From a virus, in IMG/VR virus record IMGVR_UViG_3300021255_001584, positions 3,526 through 67,525 of that record: DNA of 64,000 nucleotides; one strand, written 5' to 3'. The notes below the pieces were generated by a model, which was not told the DNA's origin, made no database searches, and saw only the letters and a list, made by a program, of their open reading frames with translations. The translations under genes and the position numbers were made by a program. Of the stretch, positions 1-9,325 are shown piece after piece (position 1 is the stretch's first letter; every line of letters begins with the position of its first letter).

Positions 1-27
1 TTACAATCACGACGATAGATTAATTCT

Positions 28-294
28 TCATTCATCGTCAACCTCCGGATAATGGTGAGCCACCTCAATACTATGACCGCACTTATCACAAGTATACATA
101 TAATCAGTATAATGATTATGGCCAATAGCCTGCTGAAATTTGTAATGTCCGCCGCAATTAGAACAAATACCATTATTCCATATTGTATTACTGGCACAAG
201 AACGCACAATAAATAGTACAATTAAAAGAATAATAGCAATAGCAAGAAATTCCCAGTCAAAGGATTTTGAATATTCTCTTCTATAATATGACAT
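28..294 (-). CDS. small membrane-anchored Zn-ribbon protein, hypothetical
   Basis: N-terminal hydrophobic helix plus CxxC...CxxC; coupled to upstream gene. Confidence 0.6.
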   Translation of the reverse strand: MSYYRREYSKSFDWEFLAIAIILLIVLFIVRSCASNTIWNNGICSNCGGHYKFQQAIGHNHYTDYMYTCDKCGHSIEVAHHYPEVDDE

Positions 295-614
295 TATTCC
301 TCCACAGGCTCATAAGTCTCTTCAAATACATCACGACGACAAGGATATAGTTCTCCCTTTGGTCCGCGAATAATATAACTACCCCAAGGGCAAAGCATTT
401 GTCCTTCAAGTGTTTGGATCATAAATCCTCGATTTTCAATAAAATCAAATAGGACTTCTACTCTATACATAGCCTCACGCAACCAATCAGGCACTTCACT
501 GTGCAACCAATTTTCAACAGTATCCCAATCTCCATTGGCTGGAATTTGAATTGCTTCAACTGGAATAGGCTTCTTTACATATCGCATTTCTTTTTCCACC
601 ACCTTAATTCCCAT
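294..614 (-). CDS. conserved phage protein, PGDYG-like family
   Basis: KKP-VEAIQ ... TLEG ... YIIRGPKGELYPC..DVFEETYE pattern. Confidence 0.6.
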   Translation of the reverse strand: MGIKVVEKEMRYVKKPIPVEAIQIPANGDWDTVENWLHSEVPDWLREAMYRVEVLFDFIENRGFMIQTLEGQMLCPWGSYIIRGPKGELYPCRRDVFEETYEPVEE

Positions 615-817
615 TCATCTGGGTCTTTTGTATTCCACTCTTCTTCGGCTTCTCCTTCTTCCCATCCAGAAGCGGTGTGGCCGCAAGTTAGACATTCAAT
701 AAATTTTTCAGTTTTTTCAGTAAACCACATTACGCCAAATTCATCACGGCGTGCTAATCCTTCTTCAAAATGACGCATATGATTTTTGCCGCAAAGCGGA
801 CAATTTCGTAATGTCAT
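575..817 (-). CDS. Lar-like (restriction alleviation family) Zn-ribbon protein
   Basis: LRNCPLCG ... CLTCG ... EAEEEWN matches the Lar-family pattern. Confidence 0.45.
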   Translation of the reverse strand: MTLRNCPLCGKNHMRHFEEGLARRDEFGVMWFTEKTEKFIECLTCGHTASGWEEGEAEEEWNTKDPDEWELRWWKKKCDM

Positions 818-1182
818 TAATAATCTCCTCCAAAACCTGCCATATTATGATGCCATCTATCTTTATCATCATAATCATCTGGATAAGTCATTTTCCACTT
901 TAAACCTGCATTTCCTACATCTATCCAAGGGCACCATTCTGGTCGTGGTAAATTCATCCATTCTTGTTGAATATCTTTATTTTCTTTATATTCTGTCATG
1001 GTGGTTTGATAAATAGTCCTGTAATTACCATGACATATTCTAAGCATATATATTTTTCCATTATCATTAGGTATGTCATAAGTGCCCATACAAGGGCATT
1101 CAAGACAACTTTTTGGCATTTCCTTATTCAGTGCTATCATTATGGTTCCCTCACATATGCTTTCGCGCGCATAATATAGCAA
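817..1182 (-). CDS. hypothetical Cys-containing phage protein (true start probably near 1140)
   Basis: MPKSCLECP ... RPEWCP motif common in small phage proteins. Confidence 0.6.
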   Translation of the reverse strand: MLYYARESICEGTIMIALNKEMPKSCLECPCMGTYDIPNDNGKIYMLRICHGNYRTIYQTTMTEYKENKDIQQEWMNLPRPEWCPWIDVGNAGLKWKMTYPDDYDDKDRWHHNMAGFGGDY

Positions 1183-1451
1183 TTACTTACTTCATCATAA
1201 TAAAAATCATAATAAAGTAAATTATATTTAAACATAAAATCTGCTGCTTGATGACAGAGATTATGCTTAATTGCTTCCAGTCTATCAGAATCTGGTTTTC
1301 CATATTGTGCATCAACAGCAAACTCCATTGATATAGGGAATACTTGCTTTTCTATATGAGAATAGGTAATAGTAGTAGCCTGACTTCTATTAAGCATATC
1401 TTCTTCTGTGTAGCCGCCAAGCCACTTGATAATCTTATTCTTGATATTCAT
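1140..1451 (-). CDS. hypothetical protein
   Basis: ORF in tightly packed leftward operon. Confidence 0.65.
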   Translation of the reverse strand: MNIKNKIIKWLGGYTEEDMLNRSQATTITYSHIEKQVFPISMEFAVDAQYGKPDSDRLEAIKHNLCHQAADFMFKYNLLYYDFYYDEVSNCYIMRAKAYVREP

Positions 1452-1455
1452 ATTA

Positions 1456-1644
1456 TCACCATAATAAATACATTAAATAGTCAGGTTCCAATCCTAAATA
1501 CAAAGCAACAATATCTTCGCACTCCTGATAACTTCCACGGGCGGCCGCACCACAGAGTTCTTCTCTACATTCTTCTACGAGGTTTTCTGCTTCAAGTTGT
1601 GAAATGCCGTCTCGCCGCATAAGGATTTCTATAATTTCATTCAT
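1456..1644 (-). CDS. conserved small phage protein
   Basis: ILMRRDGIS...GLEPDY pattern; overlaps upstream gene. Confidence 0.65.
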   Translation of the reverse strand: MNEIIEILMRRDGISQLEAENLVEECREELCGAAARGSYQECEDIVALYLGLEPDYLMYLLW

Positions 1645-1900
1645 TGCTTTTGTTCTCCCACATTCTTAGGCCGCACCGCGGACAGAAATCATAATGGATA
1701 CTAATATACTTATCCACGACACAATTACAATTACTACAAACCGCCATATTATTCATAACTTGCCATTCTGCTTCTCCACCAGTTGAATTATATGCGCGGC
1801 GAAAACCAGCATAATATGCTTGGCGCACGGTGGTATTATCAGGTTCACAAACATCTTTTTTAAAATATTTTTCACATGCTCTATTCATCTTCTGCTCCAA
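1637..1900 (-). CDS. Zn-ribbon hypothetical protein
   Basis: CSNC...FCPRCG. Confidence 0.65.
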   Translation of the reverse strand: MEQKMNRACEKYFKKDVCEPDNTTVRQAYYAGFRRAYNSTGGEAEWQVMNNMAVCSNCNCVVDKYISIHYDFCPRCGLRMWENKSNE

Positions 1901-3020
1901 TCTTGGTCGTTTCCATTTCTGCCATAATATAAGAAGCTAGGGTGCGCGCACGCATATTCATTAGATAGTCGCTACCATCCTTTACCTTTTCGTCTAGTCG
2001 CGCGTATAGATAAGAACGCACGATAGGCGTGTAGGTATTAGCATACATTGCAAAGTCGCGACGTTCTCCCGTTGCTCCAACAACACTATGTACTACCTTA
2101 AACGCAGTATCGCATACTTCAATGTAGTAGCGAATACGCTGAATCACATCATCAGTAAAGTCCTTAAACTCCGGATAGTAGGCAACGAAGTCATCAAGAG
2201 TTCCCTGCTGATACATTTCTACTACGCGCAGAACAGTCAGCGGGCCATTACCACGCATCTTGTGTAGAGCAAGATACTCATCGCCCTTAATCTTAATGCG
2301 ATGAAACGCAGCGTCGCATACAACGTAGCCTTCCTCATCATCGCCCATTTCGTGTGCGGCCGCAACACATTCAGAAAGAGAGTGATGGGGGTATACTTTT
2401 GGATAAAGCAGACCATCAAGTTCCAGACCTTCGCTATCTTCGGTATCATCTAAAATGTTGCGCCGGCCAAGATACCAAAGATTGATACCTTCATAGCGCA
2501 CAACGATGCGGTTGTAGGGAGAAGTAAGCTCAAACATATAGGTGTAGTCACTATCAAGATGCTTAAAGAAATTAGGAATGCGGTCAATTACCTTCTGAAC
2601 CAAATCACCATAGGTGGTGTCGCCGCATTCAGCCTTAAACGCATCAATGGTTCCATTGGTAGAGATTACCCAGCCATCATAGTCCCACCAAATCTTGATG
2701 AGAGAACCATCCACCTTCTGCTGAACGGACGCAGTATCCCAATCAATAGCGTGAACCGCAGAATACTGCTCACCATAGTTAAAAAACTTATCAAACGGAT
2801 GGCACACACAAACCCAATAGCCCTCGTCATTCTGACGGAAAATAGAACCACGAGCTTCCTGAACTTCGCGCAAACCCATATCAGACATAATCTGATTATA
2901 CTTCAATAAGAAATACTGGATACCATCAATTTCGTCAGAACGAATATCCAGATAGTAAGGTTCAGCCGCGAGCAGAGTCTTCCAATCGGGGTGGGTATTC
3001 ATGAAATTCAACAGTTCCAT
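1881..3020 (-). CDS. RNA ligase, T4 Rnl1 family
   Basis: ARG.IF, FDKFFN, motif I KVDGSL, FEL, EGYVV and IKIK nucleotidyltransferase motifs. Confidence 0.88.
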   Translation of the reverse strand: MELLNFMNTHPDWKTLLAAEPYYLDIRSDEIDGIQYFLLKYNQIMSDMGLREVQEARGSIFRQNDEGYWVCVCHPFDKFFNYGEQYSAVHAIDWDTASVQQKVDGSLIKIWWDYDGWVISTNGTIDAFKAECGDTTYGDLVQKVIDRIPNFFKHLDSDYTYMFELTSPYNRIVVRYEGINLWYLGRRNILDDTEDSEGLELDGLLYPKVYPHHSLSECVAAAHEMGDDEEGYVVCDAAFHRIKIKGDEYLALHKMRGNGPLTVLRVVEMYQQGTLDDFVAYYPEFKDFTDDVIQRIRYYIEVCDTAFKVVHSVVGATGERRDFAMYANTYTPIVRSYLYARLDEKVKDGSDYLMNMRARTLASYIMAEMETTKIGAEDE

Positions 3021-3057
3021 TTTTAGGATTCTCCTTTTTCCTTTCCTTTATATAATT

Positions 3058-3086
3058 ATTATAGCAGAAATCTAATGAAATGTCAA
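3058..3086 (-). promoter_or_regulatory. sigma-A-type promoter upstream of RNA ligase operon
   Basis: TTGACA-17-TATAAT on minus strand; lacks the TTAAC box of the array promoters. Confidence 0.75.
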
Positions 3087-3157
3087 CTTTTTCATTAGTA
3101 GAATTTTTTGCCCAGTAGGTATTCCACCATTTCCAAAATTCACTATCGATAGGATAC

Positions 3158-3466
3158 TCATTTGTCAAACCAACTCACCTCGTAGTAATTTGGGACTCTA
3201 CCAGACGCATATGTCGTAATGGGTATTTCAGTAGCATAATGGACTTTAAAACCCAATCCTTGTAATGCTTTAATTGTGGTAGGATAGTCTAGGGTTAGAT
3301 TCAGGGAGTAGTGACCCTGCTTCGCGGCCGCAATAATTTTATCTTTGGTATTTTGAAATTCCTCATTTTCCAACGAATGTTGAGCATTGTAGGTAAGTTC
3401 GCGCATGCCTTCTGCAGAAAATTTAATTACACCCTTCTCCATTTTACAATTCTTCCTCCACAACAT
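3158..3466 (-). CDS. hypothetical protein, paralogue family A
   Basis: IIAAAKQG...LQGLGFKV...VSW. Confidence 0.65.
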   Translation of the reverse strand: MLWRKNCKMEKGVIKFSAEGMRELTYNAQHSLENEEFQNTKDKIIAAAKQGHYSLNLTLDYPTTIKALQGLGFKVHYATEIPITTYASGRVPNYYEVSWFDK

Positions 3467-3705
3467 GATTCAATTTCAAATCCCAAATCTTGTTCTAGCC
3501 ACTCAATTGTATCAGCTGAAACATTATCAATAAAAGTTTGAAACTTTCCTTGATTTGCGGCCTCACGTATCCGCCGCATAACAATAGGACGCTCTACTGA
3601 TGCTATTGCTTCCATTGCGATTTCGTTGGCTTCTGCCGCACAAATTTCATCTTTATTTGTAATAGTATCAAGTTCTTGTAGTATATTAGTTAATTCACCC
3701 ACCAT
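3427..3705 (-). CDS. hypothetical protein, paralogue family A
   Basis: IREAANQG...LEQDLGFEI...VKW; GGAGG RBS and own promoter. Confidence 0.7.
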   Translation of the reverse strand: MVGELTNILQELDTITNKDEICAAEANEIAMEAIASVERPIVMRRIREAANQGKFQTFIDNVSADTIEWLEQDLGFEIESCCGGRIVKWRRV

Positions 3706-3784
3706 AGACTACCTCCATTTTTTCTTATTATAACACGAAATTTCGGGAAAGTCAAACACTCGTTTTATTGTCTTTTCCATTCTT

Positions 3785-4020
3785 TCAAATGAAAATGAAA
3801 TTCCGTAGTAATGGGAAACTTCAAATTGAAATTACGGCGGGTAGGTTTAGGGGAGTTTGAAAATGAAATTCTAGGGGTATAATTTCAGGACAAATGAAAA
3901 TGAAATTCTAAAATGAAATTACGGGATAAAATGAAATTGAAATTCCAGCCGCAAGTTTTAGGGAAAATGAAAATGAAATTCCAAATTCAAAAGTGAAATT
4001 GAAATGAAAATGAAATTCCA
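3785..4020 (+). repeat. cluster of (TGA)AAATGAAATT(C) direct repeats
   Basis: At least 7 copies near 3790, 3858, 3895, 3911, 3927, 3968 and 4005 in non-coding DNA. Confidence 0.85.
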
Positions 4021-4021
4021 G

Positions 4022-4252
4022 TTATACATTATCCCACCGTACAATATTTCTACAATCTTCTGTATAGGTAATTTCAAATCCATATTCAACTAACTTATCC
4101 ATATATTGCCATTCACGAGGCTCTAATTCATAGAAATCATATCCATTATATGCCGCACATTCAATATGATGTTGAAGTTTTTGCCAAGTAGAAATTCCGT
4201 TATGATGGTATTGTTTGGTGATGTGGGCTATTGTGTAAGCATTGAAAGACAT
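4022..4252 (-). CDS. hypothetical protein, paralogue family A
   Basis: IECAAYNG...LVEYGFEI...VRW; own promoter at about 4277-4305. Confidence 0.7.
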   Translation of the reverse strand: MSFNAYTIAHITKQYHHNGISTWQKLQHHIECAAYNGYDFYELEPREWQYMDKLVEYGFEITYTEDCRNIVRWDNV

Positions 4253-5094
4253 AATTATTTACTCCTTTTTTCTTTTATTATACTATGAATTGCGCGAATT
4301 GTCAAGTTTGAATAAAATTATTTATACAAACTATATAAATGTATCTACTGAAACGTTATGAATAAAAGTTGGAACGTTATAGTTTCATACATTTATTGTA
4401 TAACAATAAGATATTCTATTGGTATAATCGCCTTTATTGCAATTTCATTAACACAAATTTCTTCTTGACTTATAATTGTATTAAATTCTTTTAATATTCA
4501 TTATAGAAAATCATTTTATTCTATCATGAAATTTTAAGGAAATTAGATATAACGTCATTATTATTATTAATAAAAACGAAATTCCGTGGATTCCAACTTT
4601 TTCGCGCAGCGAAAAAGTTGGGACCACGAGCCGGAGCGCTTTGCGCGACGGCCACACAAAGGTGTAATTATAAACTTTGAATAAAACATTTTATACAAAA
4701 TATATAAAGTCGCGCAGAACTCTTCTTGAATGGAAGAAAACGAAAGTGGGAGGGTTTCAAGCATGGTACATCCTAGTAAACAAAAGAAAGGAAAGAAAGT
4801 AATTTAATGTAATAAGTAAGGAGTAGGATAGGGCAAACGGTAGGGCATGAAAAATTTGGTACGGAAAATTTCGGTAGGGTAGTGTAGGCAGAGCAAAAGG
4901 TAGGAGTATAGTAGATGGTAGTGCGCCCAATTTCTACTCTTGTCAAGTATTTAACTTTTAAAATTGAAAAATAGTGGTTGCCTTATTTCTAGGTAACTTT
5001 CTATTTTCCTACAAAATTTTACTCCACCTATTATATTGAAGGTAGGGGTAATTTTCTGTCAGAATTTAGTAAGATAAGGGAATAGAAAAAATTT

Positions 5095-5147
5095 GGGTCC
5101 GGGGGTGTCTATATAGACCCCCGGACCCGTTTTTTTTTTATTTTTTA
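5095..5147. terminator. strong GC hairpin flanked by A and T tracts, probably a bidirectional terminator
   Basis: GGGTCCGGGGG...CCCCGGACCC followed by a long T run; lies just downstream of the helicase stop. Confidence 0.7.
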
Positions 5148-5156
5148 GCAATACTA

Positions 5157-6407
5157 CTAAATCGTAGGTTTCATTTTTATAATATGTCCATAATAAATTC
5201 CAGTACCTGATTGTGTAATTTCATACCTATCTTGTATATCTTTCTTAAGTGACGTCCATTTCTTTGGGTATCCAATTTCTGCTATTAATGCTTCTTTATC
5301 TTCTTTGGTTAATTTTCTATTCAAATATATTTCTGGTATCTCCCATTCTGTTCCAGCTATTTGTTCTCTTACTTGTTGTTTGCGCGCAAGGCGTCTGCCA
5401 TTTTCTGCTAACTGACTATTATAATTATATTGTATTTGCCAATCTCCACGTTTTCTTCCTGGGAATTGAATTTGAATATCTTTGTTTCCACTATGAACAA
5501 TTACTATTTGGACATTATCGTCCATTAGGTTCCAACCTGTTGCGTATGCTTCTGTTAATATAATATCATCTACATCATCTGGGTAGCTATGGCTTTGTTG
5601 TAAGTGACTGACGATTGCTAGCTGATTATTTGTCATTGGTTTTAGTGAGTGTTTCGACCAGAGACATACAACTTTTCTTCCAGTATTTTCTTGAATTTCG
5701 CGCGCGAATTGCTCTCCTTGTTCAATTGTGGGCACGAAGATAAGGCGTTTGACTTCTGGATTTGCGCGAAGTAAAACATGAACATCTGAATATTCGTATT
5801 TCTGAAATACTTCATAAGCAAGTAGTTGCTCTTGAATTTGAATTTCATTAATGTATGATTTAAGTCTGGCCCATTTCTCTAGGTTATCTGCGGTGGCCGT
5901 TAGTCCAAACCACCAAATGCCTTTCAGCTCTGCCCAGTGAAGAAGTGTATCTATTGCTACGTAGGAGAGTGACTCTTGCGATAGAATTAGACAGATTACT
6001 TCTCGTGTGCTTTCTGGGTTGCGGCGCCAAATGTTTGCTTCATCTATTCTTACATATTTGATAAGATTGTGAATTTCGTCGCAGCAAATATAGTCAAACA
6101 TTTCCGCGGTTAGTTCGCCGCGTTTTACCATTGAGCCGAATTTTTGATAGTTTAGTATATAGGGTTTGTCAAGTTTTTCGCCCCACATTTGGCATTCGTC
6201 AAGTGCTATCTTTTCTTCTTCACCCATAGTTGTATCAATAAGAATGAGACAGCGTTGCGGCGGAATGCCCAGTTGGCCGGGTATTGTATTTATTGCGGCG
6301 GTTGTTTTGCCCTGGCCGGTCTGTGCTACAATTAAATTTAATCTACCTTTCTGATATTGTTGCCGTTCGTTTATCAAAGCATCTGATAAATGCTTACCTT
6401 CTTTCAT
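5157..6407 (-). CDS. superfamily 2 (DExH) helicase-like protein
   Basis: Walker A AQTGQGKT, Walker B DEIH, motif III TAT, QFPGRKR motif VI-like. Confidence 0.8.
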   Translation of the reverse strand: MKEGKHLSDALINERQQYQKGRLNLIVAQTGQGKTTAAINTIPGQLGIPPQRCLILIDTTMGEEEKIALDECQMWGEKLDKPYILNYQKFGSMVKRGELTAEMFDYICCDEIHNLIKYVRIDEANIWRRNPESTREVICLILSQESLSYVAIDTLLHWAELKGIWWFGLTATADNLEKWARLKSYINEIQIQEQLLAYEVFQKYEYSDVHVLLRANPEVKRLIFVPTIEQGEQFAREIQENTGRKVVCLWSKHSLKPMTNNQLAIVSHLQQSHSYPDDVDDIILTEAYATGWNLMDDNVQIVIVHSGNKDIQIQFPGRKRGDWQIQYNYNSQLAENGRRLARKQQVREQIAGTEWEIPEIYLNRKLTKEDKEALIAEIGYPKKWTSLKKDIQDRYEITQSGTGIYYGHIIKMKPTI

Positions 6408-6528
6408 TTGACTCTCAGCTCCTTTTTGAATTTTCTCAAAAGAAAAGTATTTTAATTATTTTTAAATTATTTTAAATTATTTTAATAAATAAAAATATTT
6501 TATTTTAAAATAAAAAATAATTATTTAT

Positions 6529-6557
6529 TTGACAAAATAAATAATTCGTGTTATACT
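6529..6557 (+). promoter_or_regulatory. rightward promoter with no convincing ORF
   Basis: TTGACA-17-TATACT with extended TG. Confidence 0.65.
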
Positions 6558-6732
6558 AGAATGGGAAATATTTTTTTCTTCAGCTTATTGACAGAAATTT
6601 TTCCTGAGAGGTGGATGGTAAATTTTGTCAGCTTCCAGCTTTTACTACTTGACTTCCAGCTCCTTGAGTTCCAGCTCCCAGCACTTGACTTACTAGAATT
6701 TCCAGACTGCCTCTTCCTTTCCTTCCGTAAAT

Positions 6733-6761
6733 ATTATAGCATAATTTCATAACGAAGTCAA
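6733..6761 (-). promoter_or_regulatory. leftward promoter, probably for the helicase gene
   Basis: TTGACT-17-TATAAT with TG. Confidence 0.65.
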
Positions 6762-6957
6762 GTGGTAGGTTTAGCGCGCTACTATGGTGATATGCTACTA
6801 TGCTAAAGTGCTACTATGGTAGTATGGTAGTGCGATGAATTATTGTTGACTTTTTGTAAATTAGAGTGTACGTGCGGTCTAATTAACATAGGTTTAACTT
6901 GACTTCTTTCTTAAATCTTGATATACTATATATAGAAAAAGAACGGAGGACATCAAA

Positions 6958-7197
6958 ATGATGGATTACACTAAGGCGCAGGAAAAGGCTATTAACGACT
7001 ACCTGGCGGTATGTATTAAAAATAACTATTATTGCCAACATTGCGCGAAGAACGATAACGGCATTTGCTTCTTTGCTTTTCAGTGCTTCGCTAATGATAT
7101 GATGCACTTTGATGATGATGATGATTGCCCCTGTTCTATATGTTTTGAAGATAGTTTTAAAAATTGCACGAAAGGAGATTTGTTTTATGACTGTTAA
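6958..7197 (+). CDS. Cys-rich hypothetical protein
   Basis: GGAGG RBS, downstream of array promoter. Confidence 0.65.
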   Translation: MMDYTKAQEKAINDYLAVCIKNNYYCQHCAKNDNGICFFAFQCFANDMMHFDDDDDCPCSICFEDSFKNCTKGDLFYDC

Positions 7198-7444
7198 AGA
7201 ATTGATTAAGGAACTCCAGAAACTGCCCGAAGATGCTATTGTACTCGGTGACCCCTATCTTAATCAATATTGCATTATTGATAGTATTGATTATGATGAA
7301 GAAACTAATACTATTTCATTTTATGGCGAGGATATTTTTGAAGAACCCGACATCCCCGATGATGTAGACGAAACTAACTACGATCCATATATGGGTAGTA
7401 ATTATTATGATTATGACCCTACGGATTTAGGATGGGATATTTAA
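7187..7444 (+). CDS. acidic hypothetical protein (MTVKELIKELQKLPEDA type)
   Basis: AAGGAG RBS before ATG 7187; common phage N-terminal motif. Confidence 0.7.
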   Translation: MTVKELIKELQKLPEDAIVLGDPYLNQYCIIDSIDYDEETNTISFYGEDIFEEPDIPDDVDETNYDPYMGSNYYDYDPTDLGWDI

Positions 7445-7565
7445 CCCATCTTTTAATTTTATGTTAATTAAATTGTACGTGTCTTTCAATTTACATAAGT
7501 TTAACTTGACATATTAGAATTTTTCTGCTATACTTATACTATCAAATGAAGGGAGAATAATTAAT

Positions 7566-7784
7566 ATGTTTAAGATTGGTGATAAGGTATCGTTGAATTC
7601 TGCTCTTACAATGGATGGTTATATTGTGGGAATTAATATTGACCCTATTGAAGAATCAGATGTTAATTTTGAAAAAAATAATTGGGTAAATTATACCGTA
7701 AGAGTATTTAAGAATTTTTATAAAGATGGTTTTTTTGACTTCCTCCGTTCAGAAGATGAAATAACGATATGTGAGGAGAAATAA
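7566..7784 (+). CDS. hypothetical protein (FKIGDKV, SH3-like start)
   Basis: RBS and promoter in cassette. Confidence 0.7.
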   Translation: MFKIGDKVSLNSALTMDGYIVGINIDPIEESDVNFEKNNWVNYTVRVFKNFYKDGFFDFLRSEDEITICEEK

Positions 7785-7995
7785 TAAAATGATGCAACGT
7801 TATCAGGTAGCAGATAAGAAAATGCAAGCGCTTTGTTCGGCGGCTTGTGATGCAAAAGGTTTTATCTGGAATATCTTTTTTGGCTGGCGGCGAACGTGGC
7901 ACGATGGAGACACAGAAATTATGGAATTTCTGTTGCCACCGCGTTTGTATAATGATTTGCTTTGGGATTGCCGTTATTATTTTCCTAACTCATAG
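7771..7995 (+). CDS. hypothetical protein
   Basis: Second ORF of cassette; ends in a hairpin; start may be 7789. Confidence 0.6.
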   Translation: MRRNNKMMQRYQVADKKMQALCSAACDAKGFIWNIFFGWRRTWHDGDTEIMEFLLPPRLYNDLLWDCRYYFPNS

Positions 7996-8121
7996 AGTTA
8001 GGATTTTATTTTAAGGTTGTGTAAATTAGAGAGTACGTACTTTGTAGTTAACATAGTTTTAACTTGACAGAATACAATTTATAGTATATAATAAATACAT
8101 AAAAAGAAAGGAAATAAAAAT

Positions 8122-8805
8122 ATGGCATTGAAAGTTTTGAGCGACAATAATATTACTTGTGATACTCATGATAGCGGTATTTATTTCTTTGGCGAACGCG
8201 GTCTTACCCCTGATGGTGAATTACTTTGTTCTGTAAAGATTGGATGGGGCGGAGATTTGTCAAGACGTATTTCTCAATATAAGACCCACAGTTGTCAATT
8301 ATTTCATCAACAGTATCATGTTTTAACTAAAAAATTACCCATTCCGTCTGGGTATAATATGGAAACTTTTGCGCATTCTATGCTTGCGCTGCTCGCTATT
8401 GGTTTGCCTTCATATAGCCGTGAATGGTATTATGTAAGTGAACCAGTATATTTTGAATTGTGCAAAGACCCGTGGCAGATTTTTGATGTAAACAAGATGA
8501 AAGCATTAATTAAATTAGCAAAAGAAACTGAAAAAAATAATCGTTATTATATAAATAAAACTGAATATGATAAAATTTATAATCATGATAAAATGATGAC
8601 AGAACAAGTAATAGCGCGTGAAACAATTATTAAACAACAAGCAGAAGAAATTGAAACGCTAAATAAAACAAATCAATCTTATCTTGAACTTGTTCAAGCC
8701 TGCTCAAAAGTGGATAAATTAAAGCAGTATCATTATGAATATAGTGTTCGTTTTCATCTTGCTCCGTGGTGGAAGAAAATATTGATGGCGTTAAATATTA
8801 TTTAA
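8122..8805 (+). CDS. GIY-YIG / T5orf172-like domain protein with coiled-coil C-terminus
   Basis: GIYF...VKIG...RRISQY...E..AH...REWY. Confidence 0.6.
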   Translation: MALKVLSDNNITCDTHDSGIYFFGERGLTPDGELLCSVKIGWGGDLSRRISQYKTHSCQLFHQQYHVLTKKLPIPSGYNMETFAHSMLALLAIGLPSYSREWYYVSEPVYFELCKDPWQIFDVNKMKALIKLAKETEKNNRYYINKTEYDKIYNHDKMMTEQVIARETIIKQQAEEIETLNKTNQSYLELVQACSKVDKLKQYHYEYSVRFHLAPWWKKILMALNII

Positions 8806-8899
8806 GAGGGATTATTCCCTCTTTTTTTAATTGTGTGTAAATTGGAATGTACGTGCTTTGTAATTTACACTTATTTAATAAAAATAGGACGGTTACGCC

Positions 8900-9199
8900 C
8901 TATTCTTCTCCGTTATGTGCTTTATGCACTATTTCCAACAGACGTTTGAAAACATCCAATTCTAAGGAAGTCATATTTTTAGCTGCATCAGATTCAGGGT
9001 CATCAACCCAACTTTTCAGAAAATCTACGGCCTGGCCTACTTCATCAGAGAGGGTGTATTTTTGCAAGATAATATGGTCTTTATCTCTAAAAAGTTCAAG
9101 CGGATCGCCATCCTTAATACCCATAGTGCGGCGAAGTTCCTTCGGAATAACAATGCGGCCCAACTCATCAATGCGGCGAACGATACCAGTAGAAACCAT
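8900..9199 (-). CDS. abrB: AbrB/SpoVT-family transcription regulator
   Basis: STGIVRRIDELGRIVIPKELRRTMGI is the canonical AbrB N-domain; start revised to ATG at 9199 after GGAG. Confidence 0.88.
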   Translation of the reverse strand: MVSTGIVRRIDELGRIVIPKELRRTMGIKDGDPLELFRDKDHIILQKYTLSDEVGQAVDFLKSWVDDPESDAAKNMTSLELDVFKRLLEIVHKAHNGEE

Positions 9200-9325
9200 A
9201 TTTTTTATCTCCTTTGCTTTTCTTGTATATAGTATAACATAGAGTGGGTATAAAGTCAAGTTAAAAATAAGTAAACTATAATGAACGTACAATCTATTTA
9301 ACATTACCTTAAAGAAAAGAGGACT

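Noticed and set aside
4567-4764. 65-aa ORF in the non-coding gap
   Set aside because: No convincing RBS and no protein-like features
6561-6752. 63-aa ORF downstream of the 6529 promoter
   Set aside because: No RBS and made of translated TTCCAGC repeats; leaderless translation is not excluded, but a non-coding role is more likely
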